Notes: generated by a model from the letters alone, not told the origin. 62,900 nt of DNA, filler included, from Octopus bimaculoides (GCF_001194135.2; 5 parts of 5 records of this genome joined end to end with filler, not necessarily neighbours in it), one strand, 5' to 3'; counted from the whole stretch's first letter, positions 1 to 11,689 are shown. Numbers and translations: made by a program.

Positions 1-41
1 ATATATATATATATATATATATACATATAAACATACATATA

Positions 42-170
42 CGGAGACCACCCCCGAAATAAACAAAAGACGGAGACAGGTGTATTAGTATACCGCTCGG
101 GAAGTGAAAAAGTATTTCGAGCCTAAGCTCTTCCACAGAAATAAACGTGGAAAGAGACAAGGAGAGAAAA
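42..170 (-). mobile_element. Penelope-like/pLTR-type relic with degenerate hammerhead core
   Basis: Minus strand 138-115 reads CTGTGGA-A-GAGC-TTAG-GCTC-GAAA. Stem II is perfect, the CUGANGA box has A6 changed to U, and stem III and the cleavage triplet are missing. The 3' end abuts (TA)n at 1-41. Confidence 0.4.
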
Positions 171-1894
171 TAAGAATGCGCAGTGGCTACCGATCTATCA
201 TGGTGACTATATATATATATATATATATATCTATATATATATTATACATGTATATAGAATCGTTCCTAAAAATGACTAAGGGTCGAGTCCGAACCATCAT
301 TGCTAGAAATAAGTGCCTATCAGCTCTTACCTACGAGCAGAGCAGTTTCTCTTTTACAGAGCATTATCTATAGACTGACATGGGAGACAATCTTCCAACG
401 GCTAGCAAAAGCACGATATCGGCCGGTCGATTGCGGATAGAATTTATTTTCATCGGTGACGATGCTTTAATGTCATGGGTTATGCTAACATGAAAATACA
501 TAAGTTTAAAATGGGGAGCACAAGTAATGTCTTTAACACGTTCTTTTACTACTACCATGCCGATGATTTCTCAGCAGCATTCACGGGAACTTAACATATA
601 GAAATTATTTTGAACTGTATCATACGGTTCCGTTTTCCCGTGTCAACCTTGCTGCCACCTTCCAAAGCATCAGTAGATGTAACCACCTTTCTATAACTAG
701 TTTTATGTTGTGTTAGTTTTTTTTTTTTTTCTCAATATTCCTCGTGGATTTCAAATATCACTTTGATTCTTCCTTAATATTCTCTCCCATGTCTATAGTA
801 AGGCGTTTTGTGCTTCCGTTTGCCTTTTTTCAATTATTGCCCTGCAAATTTTCTTAGCTTCAATGTCAGCTACAAAGCATTTAATACATGAATATAGAAA
901 GGAGCAAAAATATTTCCTTCACTTAATAGTCGGTGAAACGAGATTCTTGTGACGCAAGTTTCTCCTAAATGTAATCCTATCCCACATTGTGAGGACTTGG
1001 CATTGCTTATTGACAGATTATAGATTAGTTAATACTCGTACATACACACAGACACAAACATACGCGTACACGAACACACACACACACACGCATGCATACA
1101 CACACATAATTTAATGACAGCAGCTATTGCTTCTACATTGTGTGGCCCTGTAGAAACTGCTTGTGGTATAACAATTACACAGCTATACGTGTTTATCATG
1201 ATTATACTAGGGACGTACTTTTCGGATTTATTATGCGTACACAAGTTTTCTCGATGCATGTATCGCTGCATTCCAATCTATCCTCCCACTACTTATACTA
1301 ACAAAGCTTCTGGTATTATCGTTGTCTTTAAGCATATTTATATTATGTAGTGTGGAATATTTAGAATGTTTAGGATTGTCTTGTAATAAAACATTATATA
1401 TCTTGTATTAAGGTTTGTGCATTTGGATGTAATTCTCCTACGTTGGCATTGAGAGAAGTGTGCTGATTTGGACGCTTTGAACACATTTCGTCTTTCTGTT
1501 CTTGATGAAATCCTTCCATTTCAGTATTAGTGTTCATACAGTATACTCAACCGGTGTTATTATTCTCCATATTCTCATTAAAAAAACTGAACCAGTTACT
1601 ATACGTTTTAGATTAAGGTGTAATGTTTAGAAAAGATATTGTTTACACCGACCTGAGTGGCAAATGTTTCATTAGATATCTTGTAGTTTTATTCATTGCT
1701 GTATTTTTTCTATTATCCAATCATAACATCTCTGAGTGATTCGAACTTGCTTATTTGCGCTCGTTTGCTTTATTAACGACATGCTTTATAAATGCTGTGA
1801 GAAATCTTTAATGAATGTGCATATTAACTTGAGGCAAGTTTTTATTTTATGATTGCGGACCATTTATATTGAGAGGTTATGATATCTGATTTTA

Positions 1895-1997
1895 TAAGAA
1901 CTTATATGAAAGTAGTGCAACTTAAGTAAGAACTTATATGAATGAACTTATATGAACTTATATATAAGTAAGAACGTATATGAAAGTAATGTAACTA
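1895..1997. repeat. Short degenerate tandem repeat with core GAACTTATATGAA
   Basis: About five imperfect copies of (TAA)GAACTTATATGAA in about 100 bp. Confidence 0.7.
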
Positions 1998-4900
1998 GTT
2001 CGGTTGGTGTTATTTTCAGTTTCTTGAACCAAATATCCCAGGTGAACGATCCAAGGTGCATTCAGAATGGATGCATTCACTATGCCTAGTAAATGGTAGA
2101 AATAGAAGAGAGTTGTGAAAGCTCCAAATGTTTACTGTGCAAAGTTATACGGTGAAATGTCTTCGAGGTGAGAGTGAACAGGTGTGAAAACAGATGCCTA
2201 AGACATTTATTTCACTGATTTGTAAATTCTGGAAGAATCGTCCATTTATAACTCTTCGGTTTGTTGCCAGATGGTTTGCTGGTGAACGATTTATGTTAGC
2301 TATTAACGAAGTATAGAGCATGGTATGTTATATAACGTTAATAACGGGAATTGAAGTAAAAATTTGTCCTTTCTTGTTTGGCATTCAAAATAGTGAATTA
2401 TGCTTTAAACTTGTAACGGAAGTAGTAGTCATCGTTACTGTTAGTTTTTCTGTTATTCAGTTTGGTGTTGGTTCCTGCAGGCGATGTACTTGTGGAATAC
2501 TTATATATAATCTGCAAAATGATTCTTGGGGAATGTAGCATTAGTGTCTACTTGTTGAAAACGTGATCTGCAGCGGGGAGTGCATCGGTTACTAATAGCA
2601 ATTTTTTGATTTTCCGATATACTTGTGTGGACTGGAGTATGTTTGAGTGTGATACTAATTTTCTTGCGTCTTTTTTTTTGGTATTATTAATGATAGTAGT
2701 ATTCTTTTTACCGAGCTTCACCATATGAATATCCTGTTTGATAATATATTTGTTGATTTCTATATACGTGATTTATGGGAATTTTGTTTTGTACCGCAGG
2801 AATTTTGTGCTATGTTTACGAGGTATATTTACGCCTTGCAAATACTAGAAAATTTAAAGGTATACCGTATTCATATGCGACGCCGAAAACCGAGATGATG
2901 GAGACTTGTTCCTGTTTGTTGTAACTCTATTGATATATCGTATTAAATGTAATGCGTTTATATGACGATTTGGTAATCGATGTTCTTTGATATTTTATGT
3001 CTGACTACTATACACCGAGATTTGAAAGTCCGTTTCGTACAGTATTATCGATTAGAGAAATTCATCACATATCATGTTTGATTGCATGTTTGCTTGAGGG
3101 TCATTGAGTGTCCAAATGTAATCAGTGAACCACCATTCAACATATGATCAACCACCATTGTGTTCTAATATATTCTCAATTATGATATCTAGTATTTTCA
3201 TGTTTTTTTAAGAGTGTAACGCAAACGTTCGACCATGTTAGGCTGCTAATTATGGAAAGACGAGGGATCCCAATGAAACTGAATAGTTAATAGATCACGT
3301 GTATACGTATGAATACAAATGTGCATCAGTGTGTGTTTATGCGTGTGTGTGCGTGTGTGTGTGTGTGGATGTTTGTCTAAATGGGCTACAACTCTGTATA
3401 GGTAGCTGTCATATATTGAGATATATAGAGGGAATTGTGAGTGTATGATGATGTAAAAAACAACAAAATAACATGAAAATAAGAAAATTATATTTATTAT
3501 TCCCCCAAATACTCTACAAGACGGATGATGTTTTATATGTAGAATTGTAGTTATCCATACATTATGCTTTATTATGTTATTTTCTACAATAAATTTTAGA
3601 CGAATACTTCACATTGTAGTACATGTACAAATATTCGAAACTACCAAAATATATGCATAGCTACTCATGGATACCTGATCTTACAAACAAGTAAGAGATA
3701 TTATGTAAAGGTTTTTTTAGTGATTACAGGTTTAACTTCTACAAATGCGTATCTTCATGCATAAATTACCAACGTAACTTATTGTCTCTGTCATTTTTCT
3801 GTTTTGTCTCATTTTCTATGCATGGCTAACTTCAGACGGAATTCATAAGACGAAAGAGAAGAAAAAAATCAAGTAGCATGATAGTCTACAATTCCACATC
3901 TGACATTACTATCACCCAGCTTTGCTGCAATTTTCTTGTTGATCTGTTTGTGTCTTATTTCCATCTTCTCTTTCTTTCTTGCAGAGTTTCATTTTATAAA
4001 TAATTATTTGTCTAGCTTTCGTTTATAGTAGTGTTGTTGGTTTTCAGTTCTCACTTCCTTCCTGTAAGTTATTAATTTTTTTCCTGTTTAAACTTCCCAT
4101 TTTCCCTATATTCTCTCGTTCTTCTTCAGGAAAATTATTCAATTGTATCCTGTAAATCTCATTTTCTTGTTGCTTTCTTCTACGAGTTTCATTTTCACTT
4201 TCTATGAGTGTCATAGAATTATTGCCTGTGACTGCTGTCCTCGCATCTGCTATAATCAGCAACTTGATACGCTCTGTATTCCCTCATATAAACTACTCGA
4301 TTTGCATATTGTGCTGCTGCTATTTACAGATGCTGTTGTGTCATTACTTGAGAGATTGGAAAAGTGGGCTATGTAGTATGCAAGATTCTTAACCGACTTA
4401 GAGGGGAGAATAAATTAAACTTGCGTGTCCTTAGTCTATTCTGTGGTAGAAGATTACCTTTAAAGACGTGTTCGCGCAAATGTAAAGATGAAGAACTCTC
4501 TTATAAATGCTGTGATACACGGCAAATAAGTGATTCAAAAAGGAGTTTTATAACGAGTGTTATGCATGGTACAACAGCACATCATATGACGTTCTGTTTA
4601 AATACACAGGTGATAAATATTTTTATGTTGGGTTAAATTTTGCTGGCACATGCCAGTAATATCGGTCGATGGTGAAAGTCGTTTACATCCATACCATTAC
4701 TTTACTAGTACTTATTTTATTGGGAGGGAAGTGAGGAAGAGAGAAGGCAACTTGGGCAGAATCAAGAATTATTTATATTTATACACAGGACATATTGTAA
4801 ATGCGCATACAAATACATGAGTGCATGATAATAAGTAAATGGTTTAAACTTAAATATATGATACGTCTTAGAAAATTGCCTACAAAAAAGTAATGGCGGG

Positions 4901-5407
4901 TTATGGTAGAATAATTATCAGTGGGATAAGTGTATAGAGAAATACAAATAATTGTATATATATATATATATATACATACATGCATATATATATATATATA
5001 TANNNNNNNNNNNNNNNNNNNNNNNNNNNNNNNNNNNNNNNNNNNNNNNNNNNNNNNNNNNNNNNNNNNNNNNNNNNNNNNNNNNNNNNNNNNNNNNNNN
5101 NNNNNNNNNNNNNNNNNNNNNNNNNNNNNNNNNNNNNNNNNNNNNNNNNNNNNNNNNNNNNNNNNNNNNNNNNNNNNNNNNNNNNNNNNNNNNNNNNNNN
5201 NNNNNNNNNNNNNNNNNNNNNNNNNNNNNNNNNNNNNNNNNNNNNNNNNNNNNNNNNNNNNNNNNNNNNNNNNNNNNNNNNNNNNNNNNNNNNNNNNNNN
5301 NNNNNNNNNNNNNNNNNNNNNNNNNNNNNNNNNNNNNNNNNNNNNNNNNNNNNNNNNNNNNNNNNNNNNNNNNNNNNNNNNNNNNNNNNNNNNNNNNNNN
5401 NNNNATT

Positions 5408-5941
5408 GATCAAGATGGAAAGGATGACTTCCCTTTGCAAATACAGACAGGACCCACATGTGTGTCAATAGCCAGGTGGAGGAGATGTTCTCCTGGGGCT
5501 AAGAGCAACAGTAACATCCACCCTTAGGGGTCAGCCACATTTTAGTGGCAAATATACTTCACCTTGTCGTGCAGTTAATGTTAATACCTCGATCAGAGAT
5601 TTAACATTGCTTGTTTTCACTTTTTCGAGATCAGTGAATAATTTCACTGGAAAAAAAGTTATATATATTTGCAAAGGAATATCTTTCGCATCGAAGGTCG
5701 GCGATTGTCGTACGCTGAGGAAGGGAAAATACTCAGAAACTCGAGTACGTGCGTATCGCAGATCAAGATGGGAAGGATGACTTCCCTTTGCAAATACAGC
5801 CAGGACAAAGATGTGTGTCAATAGCCAGCTGGAGGTGATGTTCTCCTGGGGCTAAAAGCAACAGTAACATCCACCCTTAGGGGACATCCACATTTAAGTG
5901 GCAAATATACTTCACCTTGTCGTTCAGTTACTGTTAATACC
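5408..5941 (+). mobile_element. Partial tandem (~1.5 units, 353-bp period) of a hammerhead-bearing monomer; retrozyme/PLE pLTR-like, subfamily 1
   Basis: A direct repeat of about 180 bp starts GATCAAGATGG at 5408 and at 5761 with high identity. A hammerhead motif lies immediately before the second copy. Confidence 0.7.
5701..5759 (+). ncRNA. Type I hammerhead ribozyme motif (HHR1), predicted cleavage after GUA at 5747
   Basis: Stem I is GCGAT-tgt-CGTACG / CGTGCG-t-ATCGC. Core CTGAGGA at 5715-5721. Stem II GGG/CTC is weak with an A.A mismatch at its base. GAAAC at 5736-5740. Stem III is the palindrome ACTCGAGT and the triplet is GTA. Confidence 0.7.
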
Positions 5942-6350
5942 TTTTTTGCAGCTAATTTACCGGTTTGAGAACGTCATCATTTAAAATTCAAAATGTATTA
6001 ATAAGGGTAGAAATTGATATTAATCAATTAAAACCAGTGGCCTAGCATATTAAAAAATTCCGAAGATTAAATTTATATTACATACAAGAATAAGAGGAAT
6101 GACCAGCAAAAGTGGATTCCTATATGCTAGAAATAGATGCCGAATCATCTAACCACGAAAAATATGTTCTCAGTAAAAATTTAGCGACACAACAGACTGC
6201 AAAAGGGCAAGACAAATGAAAAAAATACTAAATAAAAAAAAAACCGATTAACCTACGTACAATGGTTTCACCTCTTAAAATTTACATAATTAAACATCTG
6301 CTGAATCATCAGCGTAGTCTGTCGATTTATAAAATATAATTCCAATTGAC

Positions 6351-6556
6351 CTGGCAGAATCGTTAGCGCGCTGGACGAAATGTTTAGTGGTATTTTTCCC
6401 GTCGTGATGTTCTGAGTTCAAATTCCGTCGAGGTCGACTTTACTTTTAGCGGCGAACAGGTAGAATCTCATTAGCACGCCAGGCAAAATGCTCATCCGGT
6501 ATTTAGTCCGACTTTACATTCTGAGTTCAAATTCCGCCGAAATCGACTTTACTTTT
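6351..6556 (+). mobile_element. Two tandem 5' heads of tRNA-derived SINE family A
   Basis: TGGCAGAATCGTTAG (A-box-like) and GAGTTCAAATTCC (B-box-like) followed by GAGGTCGACTTT, present twice. Matches copies at 29051, 33543, 43054 and 60541. Confidence 0.85.
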
Positions 6557-6557
6557 A

Positions 6558-6735
6558 ATAGGCGCAGGAGTGGCTGTGTAGTAAGTAGCTTGCTTACCAA
6601 CAACATGATTCCAGGTTCAGTCCCACTGCGTGGCACTTTGGGCAAGTGTCTTCTACTATAGCCTCGGGCCGACCAAAGCCTTATCAGTGGATTTGGTAGA
6701 CGTAAACTGAAAGAAGCCCGTCGTATATATGTATA
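6558..6735 (+). mobile_element. tRNA-derived SINE family B, 5' half, truncated by a gap
   Basis: Head GGCGCAGGAGTGGCTGTGTAGTAAG...GGTTCAGTCCC and body GGGCAAGTGTCTTCTACTATAGCCTCGGGCCGACCAAAGCC, as in the 40289 copy. Confidence 0.9.
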
Positions 6736-6856
6736 NNNNNNNNNNNNNNNNNNNNNNNNNNNNNNNNNNNNNNNNNNTATATATAGATATATATATATAT
6801 TTATATATATATATATATATATATTTAAGGAATGTAGAAAACGCATGTTATAATTG

Positions 6857-6955
6857 CATACTTTATTCCTACATATGTTTCAAAGGATTACAACCTATGT
6901 GATCCATAGGGATCTGTGATATTAAAATTGTAACCTTCTCATCAGGGGAAGCATG
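6857..6955 (-). ncRNA. Type I hammerhead ribozyme with extended stem II (HHR4), predicted cleavage after GUA (between 6870 and 6869)
   Basis: Minus strand reads CATGC-TTCC-C-CTGATGA-G-AAGG-TTACAA...TTGTAA-T-CCTT-T-GAAAC-ATAT-GTA-GGAA-TAAA-GTATG. All core nucleotides are present, stem III is the palindrome ACATATGT, stem I is bipartite and stem II has about 11 bp. Confidence 0.8.
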
Positions 6956-7120
6956 GGAATCATCTTAAACGTAAGACATTATGGCCGATTATGAAAACAA
7001 TAGATGGATAAGGTTGTGACTTGATTCATTTGAAAAAAAACGTTAGAGAATTGGACGCTGCCGGATAGTGGGTTGGACATACAAAGGGGAGACACACTCC
7101 TCCTACCTGCACACCTTGCA

Positions 7121-7163
7121 TTCAGGGACATGTTTCTGAATCTTTGCTCGTCATCAGCCCGAA
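7121..7163 (-). ncRNA. Type I hammerhead motif (HHR2), predicted cleavage after GUC (between 7127 and 7126)
   Basis: Minus strand reads TTCGGG-CTGATGA-C-GAGC-AAAG-ATTC-A-GAAAC-AT-GTC-CCTGAA. Stem I has 6 bp, stem III is the palindrome ACATGT, and stem II is partly mismatched. Confidence 0.65.
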
Positions 7164-7369
7164 GTAGCACGGCGAGCTAGCTGAAGAAATATGTCTAAGC
7201 TTTGTATGGATATATGCAACTACTTTATAGCGTCACTACTGCTTAAGTCTCACTGAGAGATTTAGAAATTCGTTATTTCTAATTTTCGTTACCAGTGAAT
7301 AGTATTTCACTGAAATAGTATATCCATACAAAGCTTAGACATATTTCTTCAGCTAGCCCGCCGTGCTAC

Positions 7370-7412
7370 TTCGGGCTGATGACGAGCAAAAGCTCAGAAG
7401 CATGTCATTGAA
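7370..7412 (+). ncRNA. Type I hammerhead motif (HHR3), probably impaired (GAAG instead of GAAA)
   Basis: TTCGGG-CTGATGA-C-GAGC-AAAA-GCTC-A-GAAG-CATGTC-ATTGAA. Stem II is perfect, A15.1 is changed to G, and stem I is weakened. Confidence 0.6.
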
Positions 7413-9372
7413 TGCAGGCTGGGCTGGTTGAAGGAGTTTTCTTCCCTTTGTATGGGTAAGGGCACAGAAAGTGTGTCAAGGCCTAATAAGAAGCGGTCTG
7501 CCTTCCTAGGGCTAAACAGCAGTAGTATATTCCCTTATTGGGACTGTCACGTTAAGTTGACAGTATACAACTACTTTATCGCGTCACTACTGCTTAAGTT
7601 TCACTGAGAGATTTAGAAATCCGTTATTTCTAATTTATATATATATATATATCTATATACATAAATTGGTATGTATATTATATATATATATATATATATN
7701 NNNNNNNNNNNNNNNNNNNNNNNNNNNNNNNNNNNNNNNNNNNNNNNNNNNNNNNNNNNNNNNNNNNNNNNNNNNNNNNNNNNNNNNNNNNNNNNNNNNN
7801 NNNNNNNNNNNNNNNNNNNNNNNNNNNNNNNNNNNNNNNNNNNNNNNNNNNNNNNNNNNNNNNNNNNNNNNNNNNNNNNNNNNNNNNNNNNNNNNNNNNN
7901 NNNNNNNNNNNNNNNNNNNNNNNNNNNNNNNNNNNNNNNNNNNNNNNNNNNNNNNNNNNNNNNNNNNNNNNNNNNNNNNNNNNNNNNNNNNNNNNNNNNN
8001 NNNNNNNNNNNNNNNNNNNNNNNNNNNNNNNNNNNNNNNNNNNNNNNNNNNNNNNNNNNNNNNNNNNNNNNNNNNNNNNNNNNNNNNNNNNNNNNNNNNN
8101 NNNNNNNNNNNNNNNNNNNNNNNNNNNNNNNNNNNNNNNNNNNNNNNNNNNNNNNNNNNNNNNNNNNNNNNNNNNNNNNNNNNNNNNNNNNNNNNNNNNN
8201 NNNNNNNNNNNNNNNNNNNNNNNNNNNNNNNNNNNNNNNNNNNNNNNNNNNNNNNNNNNNNNNNNNNNNNNNNNNNNNNNNNNNNNNNNNNNNNNNNNNN
8301 NNNNNNNNNNNNNNNNNNNNNNNNNNNNNNNNNNNNNNNNNNNNNNNNNNNNNNNNNNNNNNNNNNNNNNNNNNNNNNNNNNNNNNNNNNNNNNNNNNNN
8401 NNNNNNNNNNNNNNNNNNNNNNNNNNNNNNNNNNNNNNNNNNNNNNNNNNNNNNNNNNNNNNNNNNNNNNNNNNNNNNNNNNNNNNNNNNNNNNNNNNNN
8501 NNNNNNNNNNNNNNNNNNNNNNNNNNNNNNNNNNNNNNNNNNNNNNNNNNNNNNNNNNNNNNNNNNNNNNNNNNNNNNNNNNNNNNNNNNNNNNNNNNNN
8601 NNNNNNNNNNNNNNNNNNNNNTATATATATGCACTCATGCGTCCGTGGTCATGCTGGAGCACCATCAGATCAGATTCCAGATCAGAAATTTTGAGCGAAT
8701 GCAAACTGACTGAATAGCTGTATCGAAGATTTTCGATACATTCCGTTGGTTTTACATCAACTAATATCATAGCCTTACATTCAAATGTGATATATCTCTA
8801 ACTATCATTATTTCCTTTCTTTTCCCATTTCTTTCTCTCTTCTGATTTTTGCATCCACCTGCCTCTCATTTTCTTTGTTTTCTAACGTGTATAGCCCTTG
8901 TATGCGCGCACACTCTAGAGATTGCTAGAAGACACATGGCTTCCGGTTACAACCTGCCTAGTAGCTCATAATTATATACTGTGTACTCTAATACATATAT
9001 ACATGTGTATATATAAATATGTGTGTAAGTGTGTGCGCGTGCATGCGTGCGCGTGTGTGCATTGATGAATGAGGTAAGGGCTTCTGAAATGTCGTATGTG
9101 CAACCAGTATCCTTTGTTGGTTATAATAGGCGAATTTATATACAAAACGTCGTAAAAATCCCTGCTGGCGATTATTTTTGTAAAAGATATATAACGATGA
9201 CATTGAAAACTTAATTTTTAGCACTACTAACACAGTAGATCAACGAAATAAGATGTCCCCAAAATTTCTTTCACACACGCATATGTATTATTTTACTTGT
9301 GCTTGTTTTAGTCAATTGACTGCGGCCGTACTGTAGCAGCATCGTCTTTTAGGCGAACAAACTCAGACACTG

Positions 9373-9418
<46 letters not shown>

Positions 9419-9714
9419 NNNNNNNNNNNNNNNNNNNNNNNNNNNNNNNNNNNNNNNNNNNNNNNNNNNNNNNNNNNNNNNNNNNNNNNNNNNNNNNNNN
9501 NNNNNNNNNNNNNNNNNNNNNNNNNNNNNNNNNNNNNNNNNNNNNNNNNNNNNNNNNNNNNNNNNNNNNNNNNNNNNNNNNNNNNNNNNNNNNNNNNNNN
9601 NNNNNNNNNNNNNNNNNNNNNNNNNNNNNNNNNNNNNNNNNNNNNNNNNNNNNNNNNNNNNNNNNNNNNNNNNNNNNNNNNNNNNNNNNNNNNNNNNNNN
9701 NNNNNNNNNNNNNN

Positions 9715-9746
<32 letters not shown>

Positions 9747-11689
9747 GAAGACCACTAGTGAAATTTAAATTGACCCTGCTTGATAAATGTTTATCAAGGA
9801 ACGTTATGTTGCAAGTAAAACATTTTAATTTAAAAGGATGTCAGTATGGTCCTAAGAACAGAGATCAGAAGCTATTACATTCTGCACATCGTTATTATAA
9901 CTATTTCTGAGTCCAGCGGGACCATAGTAGACGTTGTATAATAATAATGAACGGGAAATAGAGAAAGAAAACAGAACGTTAAAGAAGAATTATCTCCACA
10001 AATATACCGTAGATAACCAAAGCCTGCACTGATGCCATGTATCCTTTTAAATGTTTTACTACAGTCTGTACACACACAAATAAACACGCAAACACACGTA
10101 CACGCTCACACGCACCCACACACGCTCTCACACACACACATACACGCTCGCAGAAGTGTTTAACGTCGCATTGAACTAATCACGCACATACACTAAAATG
10201 TATACATATAAAAACACACCTATATACGTACGTACACATATGTACATATTTACCCATGCATACACATACACGTTCACACACATGCACGTACCAACACACA
10301 AAACACACGCATATACGCACACGCATATTTATTCCATAAACAAAATGCAATGTTGGTATCGGCTTTGAAACACAGTACGAAATCACGTAAGATTACAATG
10401 TGTGACATGACCGATATCATGCTCATTCTGTAACTCATGAATGAGGCACTTTCACATTAGTGCCTGAAATTAATGCTCTCTCAACATCCAAAGATTCTCA
10501 AATAGATACACAATCACAAACATGCGAACATATCCTTACACACGCTCATATACACATATTATATGCATTGTTGTTTGAGATGTATGATACATATATCTTT
10601 GCTATGTACATAATATATATATACACTATGATAACCTCTTCATATATGCAATGAGTGTGCATTGCAAAGCTATACATTAGGCTATCAACATCAGAAGCAA
10701 CTGCACTTATTTCTATGCATATGAATCTGCTCTGAGGTCCAATTAGGAGAGTCTTCCTAAACTGTTTCGATATTTAAGAAAATGCTTGGCGGAATGCTTT
10801 AAGGTAATAGAGTGATTTTCACAAACTTCATTAACGTGTTCATTCAATTTTTAATGACTAGAAATGGGGAATCAAGAGAACATCCAGTGGATTAATGAAT
10901 GATTAAAAAAAAACCTAACCCAAATCTCATCGATAATCATTAATTCAACGTTATTTCGTAATTTAAGAATACATCTCGAAGAGCAAAACAAAAAGCTTAT
11001 AAGATCAAGGAGTGTAATATAAGACAGGAAGAGAAATATGTTGGCTATTAATCTTGAGGTTGATATGGTCAATTAAAGATTAGAGGAATCCAATATATTA
11101 GTGAATAATATTTTCCGCTAATTTCTAGGAATGAAGTGAAATAGTTTCAAAGATTTCCTTCCTTGCACTACAATGAGAGCGAACATATCCACACATCTGT
11201 ATAAGAGGAGATGGTAGATAAAATGTAGACAAAAGTAGCAAATAAGATTACCTGGATAAAATGTTCGTATGGCATCCATGTATTTGTAGGTTTAATCACA
11301 TTGAACTCAGTCTTCCGCCAGTAACACGTTATATTATCTGTTGTCTGACACCATGCGATTATAATTATCTTCTTGAAAATCGTACGAAATTTCGTTCAGT
11401 ATACACACTCATATGCAAGATCACACACATACGCATACATGACCACATATATACGCATACGCAAGTGTAAGTGATTATAAGTGTGTGTGAGCATGTATAT
11501 ACAGATATAGATGCTTCTACATATGTGTATATGCACGTACGTATGTCTGACTATATGTATGTACGTATGTATGTATGTCTATATGTATGTATGCATGTAC
11601 GTATAGATGCCTGCATATATGTCACAAAGCAAACATACAGCATGGATGCGTCCGAATAAAAGTTATCATTAGTATGATAGATAAATGTA

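Larger units (their letters stand above)
7078..7636 (+). mobile_element. Hammerhead-bearing monomer, subfamily 2: 351-bp-period partial tandem with an inverted ~137-bp 5' segment
   Basis: Direct repeat CAACTACTTTAT...TTATTTCTAATTT at 7217 and 7568. Inverted arms at 7078-7214 and 7319-7454. Colinear similarity to 5408-5941, including the CAGTGAATA..ATTTCACTG hairpin, CTTCCCTTTG, TGTGTCAA, GGGCTAAA, CCCTTA and AGAGATTTA. Confidence 0.7.

Noticed and set aside
9990-10062. Minus-strand reading TVVKHLKGYMASVQALVIYG with a faint WD40 look
   Set aside because: It is too short, lacks the GH and WD residues, and has no supporting neighbouring exons.
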